Shown here: piece by piece, positions 21,056-29,628 of the stretch | How positions within the stretch are numbered: the stretch's first letter is position 1 | Layout: every line of letters begins with the position of its first letter | Assembly: GCA_010093705.1 (NCBI GenBank) | Contig: MU006123.1 | Span: forward strand, 62,001-91,628 | Source of the DNA: Patellaria atrata CBS 101060 | Lineage: Eukaryota | Direction of reading: 5' to 3' | Length of the DNA stretch: 29,628 bases | Made by a program: the position numbers and the translations under genes | Notes under the pieces: model-generated | What the model was told of the DNA's origin: nothing | Seen by the model: the letters and a program-made list of their open reading frames with translations, nothing else | Database searches by the model: none

Positions 21056-22413
21056 TTATGTCAAGTTCAACACTCTCATCGCGTTCATGCCGAGCACAGC
21101 AGTTTCATCCTCGCTATTCTCTAGTGAGTTTTTTATCGCAGTGTAGTTCGTATTCACACTGGGCCAAGCTGTCTCACTCTCCTCTAACGGCGGGAAGAAC
21201 GGGTGATCCGTACCTATATATATATATATATATATATCAGCACAGCTGTACGAACAGTCTTTACCTCGAATTAAGTTCAATTTTCCAGACAATGCGCATC
21301 TTTTTAGAAAATAGTCCCCATGGTTTGTGTCGTATACTCTCCAAGAGACACCTTCCGCCGCCTTTTAAATAATGGAATACTCATGAGATGGGCTGGCTGG
21401 ACGTCCCATAATGTGTGCGCGGTTGAGAATTCATATGAGAGAAAGATGATAATTGGTATAGGGAATAAATAAGAAACAGGAAACTTACCGAACATTATTC
21501 GATCGGATGTGCTTGCGCCTATCGCGGCCTTTAAGCCCACGTGCGAATAGATTACAGCATCCAAGTACACGTTGTTTTTGAGCACGTCCCAGACATCTCT
21601 TCTATTTTCTATCTTCCCCGTCTTCTTCAGGAAGCTATCGTGTCGAACACAGCTTTCGATCCTTCCCGCTAAAAAGGGTAGAGTTCCACCAGAATGAGCC
21701 AATAACACATTCAGTCTTTTGAAGCGATCCCAAACTCCACTTAGTAGCATTCGAGTAACCGCAACCGTCGTTTCCAACGGGAACCCTAGAGCAAGAGGTA
21801 ATACATGGCCATATTCTGTCGCCCGTGGGCCGTACACCGAGCTGGGTAGGCCATAGTGTGGATGGAGAAAGATAAGCTGGCTTTCACGTTCTAGCGCTGC
21901 GAAAACTAGGTCAAGAGTCTCATCATCCATGCCCTTTCCCAGGCCTGTCGTTCCCATGACTACACCACGGATGTAGCTGAGTGTTTTCAATCTCTCAATC
22001 TCTGCAACAATGTCTTCAACAGGGGCAGAAAGGGGTAATGTAGCAAACCCGTAAAGCCGTCCTTGACTCTTCTCTGCGATCTCGTTTACCTCGTTGTTGA
22101 TCTCACGCGCCCATTTCGCGCCCTCTCTCGGAGAGAGAAAATCCAGCCAAGGGTTCGCAAGTGAGATGACAGATTTATCTATCCCGTGGATATCCATAAA
22201 TCGGAGTTTATGGGAGATGTCCCAGTACTCAGGCCCAACAGGTCGGCCTCGTAAGGAGGGAGGTAAAGAAGCGTCATCATCGCTAGGAAGTATTATGAGG
22301 CGATGAATTGGAGAAGACGGTGAGCTATATATGTAAGGGACAGTTGTACGAGATCGAAGCAATGAAATATATGATGGTGGATAGACGTGTGTATGGATGT
22401 CGACGACAGACAT
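21056..22413 (-). CDS. IDC: Uracil-5-carboxylate (iso-orotate) decarboxylase, amidohydrolase superfamily; exons 22413-21489, 21213-21056
   Basis: Motifs VDIHTHVYPP (HxH metal site), RLIILP, SVISLANPWLDF, FLHPHYGLP, YGHVLPLALGFPLETT, LAHSGGTLPFLAGRIESC and spliced IMFG|TDHPFFPP. Intron 21488-21214 is GTAAGT..TAG. Confidence 0.92.
21215..21237. repeat. (TA)n microsatellite, 23 nt, abutting the 3' splice site of the IDC intron
   Basis: tatatatatatatatatatatat is seen directly between the CTGAT branch-like site and the AG acceptor on the minus strand. Confidence 0.9.
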
Positions 22414-23316
22414 TGGAGGCAGGATTGAGGTGTATACCGCCGATTGTCAAGGCGGAATTGTGAAGGAATGGAATGGTTAAGGTACTTGAATTCAGTAATT
22501 CTGATGAACGGCGCTTCTCGAAATATGTCAAGGTACTACCTTAGGGTACTTTTTAGAACTGGTAGTATACCTCCCGTCATCGGTACCTTTATCTTGTGTC
22601 TGATAAGCTGGTAAGGTACGAACTTCCCCTCCTTCTCCCCCGCCTACTAGTGTAATCTGGAACGGGGGTATTTTTCTCCCAAGGGCCGGTGATAGTGGGG
22701 AGTGGTACCGTACGGAATATTGAGGTTTACCTTAGGTATCTTACCTTACGTTAACAGGTAATGTATTTCCATTTGTACTGAAGCGAACGCAGCCGTCATA
22801 TGGAGTGCATGACTGATCCATAACTAGCGAAGGAGTTGGTTTGCTGATAGAAGAAATAGTGCTACTAATGTACTCGTGTAGTATTAATAAGGTAGGTGAT
22901 GAGGAAGTTTTGAATTAAAGGAGTATATAAAGATCGAACTACAAAATAGATGATACTAGTTCTAGCTCTAACCTAATTGGTCAAAGCTCTCCTTATCATG
23001 GTGGAGTTATCGCAGCTTCCTATCTGAGTTTCGTCCCATCCAAGTACGGCAAGAGGTACCCTTACCTAACATACCAAACATGGATGGCTTGCTCTGTTAC
23101 ATATCTGCAAACCTAAGTACCTTATCGAATCGTTACACACGTCCAAGAAGGAGTTTATCACAGGATCATACACACCTCGACTTTGTAATACCTCACTCTC
23201 AACACCTAAGGTAGAACTGAGCGGGGAAATTCATTCAAGTTGCGACCCCTTGGACCCTCGAGTCCAAGACTACAAAAACGGATAGGAAAATAGACAGAAT
23301 ACAAAGTGAGCGAAAC

Positions 23317-24442
23317 ATGTCAGCTGCCGTGGAACAAGATGATCTTCTCATTCCTGTAAGTTCTAGTACCTAGGGCGTATTTCCGATAACACATACTGAG
23401 GTGATATTCTCTTTAGTTGATTGACTTTTCGAAATATCTGTCAGGTTCCCTCACCGAGAAGAAAGCGACTGCGTCCGAAATCCTGTCTGGCTTCCAGAAG
23501 GCTGGCTTCATTTATCTGCAAAACCATGGCATTGAGCGCAAAACGGTGGACGAGGTCTTTGGCTTCTCCAAATCGTTCTTCGCCCGCCCGCAAGAGCAGA
23601 AGGACAAGCTGGCGTGGTATTCCCCCGCGGCAAACCGTGGCTATACCGCTCATGGACGGGAGAAAGTTACACAGCTCGCAGATAAAGGCGACGTGGAAGC
23701 TTTGCGCGCCGCAATACCTGATCTGAAGGAGTCAATGGAGATCGGGAGAGAGGGAGAAGAGGGTAGACCAAACATGTGGCCGGACCAAATGGACGATGAG
23801 GGAAAGCTATTCAAAGAGACTATGATAAAGTTTCATGAGACCTGCAAGCAATTACACGTTGAGGTCATGCGATCACTAGCCCTTGCCTTGGGAATAGATG
23901 AAAACTGGTTTGACAGCTTTACAGACATTGGGGATAATACACTTAGACTATTGCACTATCCCGAAACCCGAAGAGAGGTCTTTATACGAAATAAGGGTCA
24001 AGTAAGAGCTGGAGAGCATTCGGATTATGGTAGGCAATCCGATCGAATCCTTGATCACCATAGCTGACTACTCATGCCAGGTTCTATAACCCTCCTATTC
24101 CAAGACGATCGTGGAGGTTTGCAGGTCAAATCCCCCAAAGGTACATTCGTAGATGCAACGCCAATTCCAGGGACAATTGTCATTAATGCTGGCGATCTCC
24201 TCGCCCGTTGGTCTAATGATTCGATCAAGAGTACAAACCACAGAGTAATCGAACCACCACATCATAATACAGAGACCCAACCAGATGTTTACCCGGCGAG
24301 ATATTCGATTGCTTACTTTTGCAACCCAAATTTTAATAGATACATCGACGCTATCCCAGGAACGTTTGAAGAAAGTGGGAAGAAGTACACCGGTGTCAAT
24401 AGCGGCGAGTATCTAGTTCAGAGATTAACGGCAACCTATTAA
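23317..24442 (+). CDS. T7H: Thymine 7-hydroxylase (thymine dioxygenase), 2OG-Fe(II) dioxygenase; exons 23317-23355, 23417-24029, 24081-24442
   Basis: Motifs IP|LIDFSKYL, GFQKAGFIYL, ANRGYTAHGREKVTQL, PDLKESMEIGRE, GDNTLRLLHYP, GQVRAGEHSDYG|SITLLFQD (HxD), KSTNHRV, RYSIAYFCNPN and terminal YLVQRLTATY, closely following Neurospora T7H as I recall it. It is adjacent to IDCase. Confidence 0.9.
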
Positions 24443-24626
24443 TACACGATCTGTTCAAATTTTCGTTATCTTAAGGCCCCCTTTTTTTTGCAAGATTCTT
24501 CTGTGGTGAAATCCACTGACCTATATATGATAATAGGTGAGACAGGAAAACGGTATCTATGCATTCCCTTGTCGTTGCGCTCTTATTTTACTGTACAATT
24601 GCTCGTAGACAACCTTTAACACTAGT

Positions 24627-24906
24627 TGTCAAGGCTCAACCTCAGATAAGAGCTGAAAGGTATATTGCTGTATGTACATGAAGCTTAAACTTGAGGAAAG
24701 AAAGTAAAAGAGAGTATCAGAACAGCGTGAGCTGTTCTATTAAAGTACAACATGACTAAGCTACTAGATCATGCATGAAGCTTAAACTTAAGGAAAGAAT
24801 GTAAGAGAAAGTGCTAGAACAGCGTAAGTTGTTCTATTAAAGTATAGCATAGCTAAGCCGCTGGATCATCCAAGGCACTTATACCTATCGGGTCTAACCC
24901 GTGACA
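24627..24906 (-). mobile_element. 3' LTR (280 bp) of a Ty3/Gypsy element
   Basis: Termini TGTCA...TGACA. On the minus strand it is preceded by the polypurine tract AGGAGGGGGG-TAA (24910-24919). It contains a 97-bp imperfect tandem duplication. Confidence 0.82.
24677..24870. repeat. Two-copy 97-bp imperfect tandem repeat inside the Gypsy LTR
   Basis: catgaagcttaaactt(g/a)aggaaagaa...gaacagcgt..ttctattaaagta..ctaagc..gatcat begins at 24677 and again at 24774. Confidence 0.88.
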
Positions 24907-25913
24907 TTACCCCCCTCCTTATCCCCTTCTTGTACTGTTAAGTATTGAGATAATGCATCTGTCCCTTTGAGTGCTGAAGCTGGTTCCCATGTAGGCTAGG
25001 CGTAACCTATCCACTTAACAAGATATTCCTTTTGGAGTCTTTGCCCTCTTTTCTTTTTTTTTCTTTCTTTTATAATTTCTTCGATTTCCCACATGTCTTC
25101 GCCATCTACTTGGAATAGGGGTGGTGGTTGGTAATCTTGTACTTGACTGGGTAAGGGATCTGTTGCAGTAGGGCGTAGCAGGTCCATATGAAAGACATTA
25201 TATACCTTAGTAGGAGTATCAAAACGGTAACTATATGGCCCTACTACCTCAATAACTATGTACTTGGTAGAACGGTCATCTAGTTTCTTATTTGGCCTCC
25301 TTGTTTGCAAGTTTCTTGAGTTGAGCCACACCTTATCACCAACTTTATAAGCAGGAGATGGATTCCGATGTTTATTTGCTTATCTTTCTTCCTCTTGCTG
25401 TGCCTCTGCTATTGCTGCCTATGCCCACTCGGTAGCGGCTTAAATCTTTTGTACAATTTGTTCTCCTTGTTGAATTGGGTTCTTTGGAGTTTTAATTTGT
25501 CTTGGAGTTTCCGATAGCTGTAACGGTTTAAGTGAATAACCATGACTTAAGAAGAATGGGCTGACTTTTGTTGTTTCTAAGTCTCGTCCATTAAGCGCCA
25601 GCTGGATAATAGGTAGAAAGCTAGCCCAATCATCCTGTGCAAAATTAACCAATTGTCTTAGTATCTTTTCAACTTCAGTGTTGGTACGTTCTATAGAACC
25701 ATCTGTTTGGGGGTGGAATGCGGTTGAAACTCTTCGCTCAATCTTCAGCAACTAGTATAGTCGTCTCTAGAGTCCTCCTATAAACTGAGAGCCACGGTCT
25801 AAGACAATAGCTGCTGGCAACCCATGGTGGCAATAGAAATGCTGAATGAATTGTTTTGCAATATACTCTGTCTCTATGTTTTTGCATGCAATGAGGATCA
25901 CACCTTTTGTCAG
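24907..25913 (-). mobile_element. Degenerate Ty3/Gypsy (chromovirus) integrase-chromodomain fragment, 5'-truncated
   Basis: Motifs HGLPAAIVLDRGSQF, STAFHPQTDGSIERTN, SPFFLSHGY, KVGDKVWL..RPNKKLD, VYNVFHMDLL and chromodomain WEIEEII..EYLVKWIGYA*PTWEP. In-frame TAG/TAA stops are consistent with RIP. Confidence 0.93.
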
Positions 25914-26417
25914 ATTGCTGCAGTCGCTGAAAAGGTGCATGGCTTGATTCTCAAAAGAGTGGTTCTATCTAGGTGTTATATACCTATTAGATGGTGAGGC
26001 TCGCTACCGGGTAAATGGACGCTTACTAGTTCAAAACAGTGGTGAAAACAATGGCATAGAACGGTAGCTTAAGATAGAGCGTTAAACCGTATTAAAATAG
26101 ATCTCTAACGAGAGCACGGATCTGTGGTGTTTTATCTATTCTCTTTCTGACCCAGTATCATTGTCAACTGTTTAGTATATAGTCCATATCTCTCTCAGTA
26201 GTTGCAAATCAAGCGACATATTCCATGCACCTGTAGATCCAGTTTATCTCACAGTTATGAGCCCGGCCTTTATACTATTTTGAAGCCGTACAACTTACTC
26301 AAATCTAATCCGTTTATACTCCTCTTTTGATCCGTTATACTCGTGTCTTTTGACGAACAGTTGAACTGTCTTCACCGTTGTTTATTAAACCCAAAATCTC
26401 TTATGCTATCAATTAGT

Positions 26418-26730
26418 CAGTGATGGCCGTGGATTGGATTCAGGTGGATCTGGACTGGATTTTCAACGCGATTTGACGTGGATTTGGATTCGACTAGTCG
26501 TGGATTGGATTTGGATTCGATGCTCAAAAAATCCAGGAAATCCAGATCCATATTATAGTTATAGATATCTTAAAAAAAATGGTGTTGTAGGTGTTGTTTT
26601 GGGTAATATAATGGGGGAAGTAGGCCAGAGCATCAGCCATATGGTGCTCTCTGCTTGAGTTTTGACTGTAAATCTCCCAAACCAAATCTTCAAAATTCCT
26701 AAATCTATTGTATACCAACTATCTCATCTC
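26418..26730. mobile_element. Possible single terminus of a hAT-like DNA transposon with subterminal GGAT(T/C) repeats
   Basis: CAGTGATGGCCGT is followed by about 8 GGATT/GGATC/GGACT units and then inverted AATCC/GATCC units (26431-26550). No partner end or clear transposase is in the window. Confidence 0.4.
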
Positions 26731-26749
26731 TAATTGATATAAACCGCTT

Positions 26750-27172
26750 TGTTACTACTCGTTCGTCTGCCCGGGCTGCCGTGCCATCGAAGAAGCTTAG
26801 AGAGACTCAAGAGGATGATATAGAAGCTCTTCGGCCTACCAAAAGACCTTGTCGTCAGAAGGGGTCGAAGATTCAGCATACTCAGGCTACAGCCGAATCT
26901 TCGACTAGAGAGCCGGAGGAAGGTCCGGCTGGTGATGCTGAGAGCGGTGGCGAATCTTCCCATCAATTTCCTGAATATATCGAATCCTCAGAGTCCTCCG
27001 ACGAGATCCCTCACCCCCCCTCCCCCCAGAACGAATACGGATCCGCAGCAAGTGGTGTAAGGTGGTAATGGCATGTAAAGTGAAGAAAATGTAGATTGAA
27101 GTGTCTGATCCAGAGGAGACTGAAGGAGGACAGCATATATACCCGACTGAGTGCTTAGTCAGGTGCGATACA
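26750..27172 (-). mobile_element. Putative 3' LTR of the Copia element (left boundary uncertain: 26750 or 26850)
   Basis: It directly follows the PPT and has TATA-like GGTATATATG near 27135-27144 on the minus strand. Candidate TGT termini are at 26750 and 26850; there is no second copy to confirm. Confidence 0.35.
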
Positions 27173-28790
27173 CCCCCCTCAGTTTCAAGGAATCTTGAAG
27201 CTGATTACTATATACAAGATAAGATAGCCAACCACCCCCTAGACCGTTGTTTGTCCTGATACTATGTGCGATCCATTGTGTGCTCAGCCTCATTAAAACC
27301 TTAAAAACCCTGTGGGAGAAAAATAGGATAAAAGAGTACTGGCATGGATCTAGAACCGTGTTCCTAAAGTAGAGTATAGTGGTATAGATTAGCCGTAAGA
27401 TGGGGATGTTCTGGTTAAGCTTACTATTCTCCTTTTTAGGAGTATGGAGTATTGAGTATAAGGTATGAATGAGTATAAGGTATGAAGTATGGAGTGCCTC
27501 TTGATTAATACATGGGTCTGAGTGCTCTTTCATTACGTGCTGAGAAGTGGCTACAACCCCAAGGCTTGGGTAGCTAATCCAAGTGACTTAGGTCCACATA
27601 GAGATTTTGTTACTCTTTGAAAATCGAGTCTCTTTGAAGATCGAGAAATCTCTTCAGGGCTTGAATACATCGTTCGTGGGCGTCCCCACCGGCTGCCTGA
27701 CATCAGCTCACTCTAGACTCCTGAGATGTATGCTTATTAATGAGGAGAGAACTTGGTAGAAATTGTGATTTATAGAGGGGACTTATAGCCTTATACCTCT
27801 CACACGTGATTTTGTAGAGGGGACTTGATAGCCTTATACCTCTTAAATTGAATGCCTGTATCTTGTTAGGACTTATAGCTTTTGGGACATCATTTATGAA
27901 TTTTAAATAGGAAACTCTCTAAGATTGAGAAGGTTAACCCAAGTAATGAAGCGTTATCTAGGTAGTATTTTGGTTAGACCGTCAGTAGGTTGAATCTTTG
28001 TAGCGATGTATGCTATATTGATGTTCTCTTCTTGTACTTCTTGACGTAGCCAGTGATGGTGCACGTCTACGTGACGAAGAGTTGTTTTGAGCTTAGGTGC
28101 TTCAGTAGTAAGTAGTCTAATTGTCTGCTGATTATCATAGAATAAGAGCTGTTTATTGTCTGGATGAAAGTTTAGAGATTTGAAGACTCTCCACCACTAG
28201 ATAAGTTCTATACCTATAGTGGATACGGCCATGAGTTTAGCCTTAGTGGTTGATTTTGTAACACAGCGTTAGAGTGTTGCCTTCCAGTCAATTGGACCTC
28301 CAAAGAGGAAGAAGATGTAACCCTGTAAGCTCTTTCGAGTCGCTTAGTGATCCGCATAAGAGGCATCAGTTGCACCAAAGAAATCGGGTTCTTCGTGGTC
28401 CTAAATAAAGGCTGCGTCTACTGTAATTGAGGCATTGTAAACGAGTGATTTTGATTTTATATAGTAGAGGTAGGCTAGAGTTTGGTATGCAGCGTTAATA
28501 TGAGTTGCTGCAGGATTGGTTAAGAACTCAGCAAGTTTGGAGTGTGCTTTTGAGATATCTAGTCTTGTTACTCCGGCTACATAGCCTATTGATCCGACCA
28601 ATTGAGCGTAACGTAGATAGTTACTTTCGTTTTTAGTCTTATTGGACGGAAGGAGCTCCTCTACCTATAATAGCGTTTAAGGTGATTTTGTGAATGCTTT
28701 TAGGGATAGATATTTATGGTAAATCTTATCGATATAGTCTCCTTAATTTAGTTAGATAGAGCTATTATCTCTATCTCTATACACGGTTAT
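27171..28790 (-). mobile_element. Degenerate Ty1/Copia 3' fragment: RT C-terminus, RNase H, long 3' UTR and polypurine tract
   Basis: Minus-strand frame YAQLVGSIGY..TRLDISKAHSKLAEFLTNP..ATDASYAD..RKSLQGYIFFLFGGPIDWK..VTKSTTKAKL..DNQQTI..LRHVDVHHHWLRQ..TDGLTK ends near 27902 and has many TAG/TAA stops. The PPT-like GAGGGGGGTG is at 27180-27171. Confidence 0.9.
27765..27843. repeat. Imperfect direct repeat of about 40 bp in the Copia 3' UTR
   Basis: gtgattt..tagaggggactt(g)atagccttatacctct occurs twice, with a partial third copy (ggacttatagc) at about 27869. Confidence 0.8.
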
Positions 28791-28791
28791 A

Positions 28792-29326
28792 TGTTACAAC
28801 GGGAGTCTATACTTATCAAGACAGAACTGGATAAGTCTAGAAACGCGCCTGGCTTCTCACTCAACGTGGTCAACCACAAAGGTAGGTTCGGCAAAGTGAT
28901 AGGATACGTATAACAAAGGCACTTCAAGTTGTCGATACAACTTGCTGACTCCTTGACTTCAGGTACTGCTCACAATGAGACAAGACGTACTGTATGGAAA
29001 CAGTGTAACAAGTGAAGTTGTGAGATTGTGGGTAACTGAATGTAGTCGCTTCCTTCTCCGTACAACTACGGATTCTATCTAGTGTTTATATAATGACAGA
29101 CCACCTTATTGATTAACCCTTTGACGTCACGAAGCCTAGCTACGTAATCTCCAAATCAAGGCGAACATAACGATACTACCTACGTCAGATATAAAATAAG
29201 AGATGACATCAAAAGAGTGAGCTAATGTTATAGTTTTGGTGATACTTAACCGATAAGTCGGAGCTGAGCATTTAGCTCTGAAGATCTCCAACACGAACTC
29301 CTGGAGATCCTGACGATCTTCCAACA
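28792..29326 (-). mobile_element. Probable solo LTR (about 535 bp)
   Basis: Termini TGTTA...CAACA, non-coding interior, and minus-strand TATATAAA at 29092-29085. The Copia RT frame stops abruptly at the left edge and composition shifts to GC-rich at the right edge. There is no matching TSD. Confidence 0.55.
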
Positions 29327-29353
29327 TAAGGCTATCGGGGATCAGCTATCTGA

Positions 29354-29626
29354 CAGATATGGCTCGGCCTGGTCGGCAGCTGGGTTGAATCCTGGGTTCG
29401 GGCAGGGTGGGATGCGACGGCGAGTCAATTGGACTGGCACGCGTGGGCGTTCGCGGTGGTGAACCCCGTCGGCGGGTACGGAAGGAAGCATCTCGTCGTC
29501 TGGGATTGCGACGTCAAGGATGGCATCGACTTTAACACAGCACGCCCCCGCGATGGCTTCACCGTCGGGCTGCAGGAAAGGCTCTACCGGGAACACTACC
29601 CCGGCGCGACCGTGTGGACCAACCTC
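29354..29626 (+). pseudogene. Truncated GC-rich coding-like frame of unknown family, runs off the window
   Basis: 91 open codons with GC-rich third positions: QIWLGLVGSWVESWVRAGWDATASQLDWHAWAFAVVNPVGGYGRKHLVVWDCDVKDG...YPGATVWTNL. It has no ATG, and a TGA precedes it at 29351. Confidence 0.4.
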
Positions 29627-29628
29627 CC

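Noticed and set aside
21304..21488. Hydrophobic C-terminal extension of the amidohydrolase in the ORF track
   Set aside because: It is read-through into the intron; the true C-terminus is exon 21213-21056.
21214..21488. Intron-encoded snoRNA or TPP riboswitch in the long IDC intron
   Set aside because: No RUGAUGA box C and no TPP aptamer core are visible; only an Rfam scan could exclude it fully.
23317..24442. Possible secondary-metabolite oxygenase (IPNS/clavaminate-synthase-like) or TET-like DNA-modifying enzyme
   Set aside because: Motifs and the IDCase neighbour fit T7H, which acts on free bases; no PKS/NRPS and no TET/JBP features are present.
25914..26417. Unassigned TA-rich segment between Gypsy and the hAT-like end
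   Set aside because: The frame I translated is full of stops and I recognised no domain; it is probably a RIP relic but cannot be classified.
26781..27068. 95-aa acidic, Ser/Glu-rich ORF
   Set aside because: It has a GTG start and low complexity, and lies within the putative Copia LTR or repeat nest; coding status is not supportable.

Overview
Genomic DNA from a filamentous ascomycete (Pezizomycotina), with short GT-AG introns, CTRAC/CTAAT branch points and RIP-type mutations in the repeats. Positions 1-24450 are gene-dense. They carry the 3' part of a Cys-rich copper-responsive transcription factor, a SUN-family glucanase, MHR1/mL67, VPS38/UVRAG and a YLR345W-type PFK-2/FBPase-2 homologue. 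They also carry a tight trio of mitochondrial-translation genes (mIF3, uL4m, mL38), an unknown protein, and a divergent thymine-salvage pair (iso-orotate decarboxylase plus thymine 7-hydroxylase). Two DNA transposons lie among these genes: an internally deleted Fot1/pogo element and a frameshifted Tc1-type element. From 24627 a nest of degenerate elements begins (chromoviral Gypsy 3' end, possible hAT end, Copia 3' end, probable solo LTR), followed by a truncated GC-rich reading frame of unknown type. The most notable signals are the four neighbouring mitochondrial-translation genes that share Puf-type UGUA 9-mers in their 3' UTRs, and the T7H/IDCase pair. All assignments come from reading the sequence and recalling family motifs; no database searches were run.
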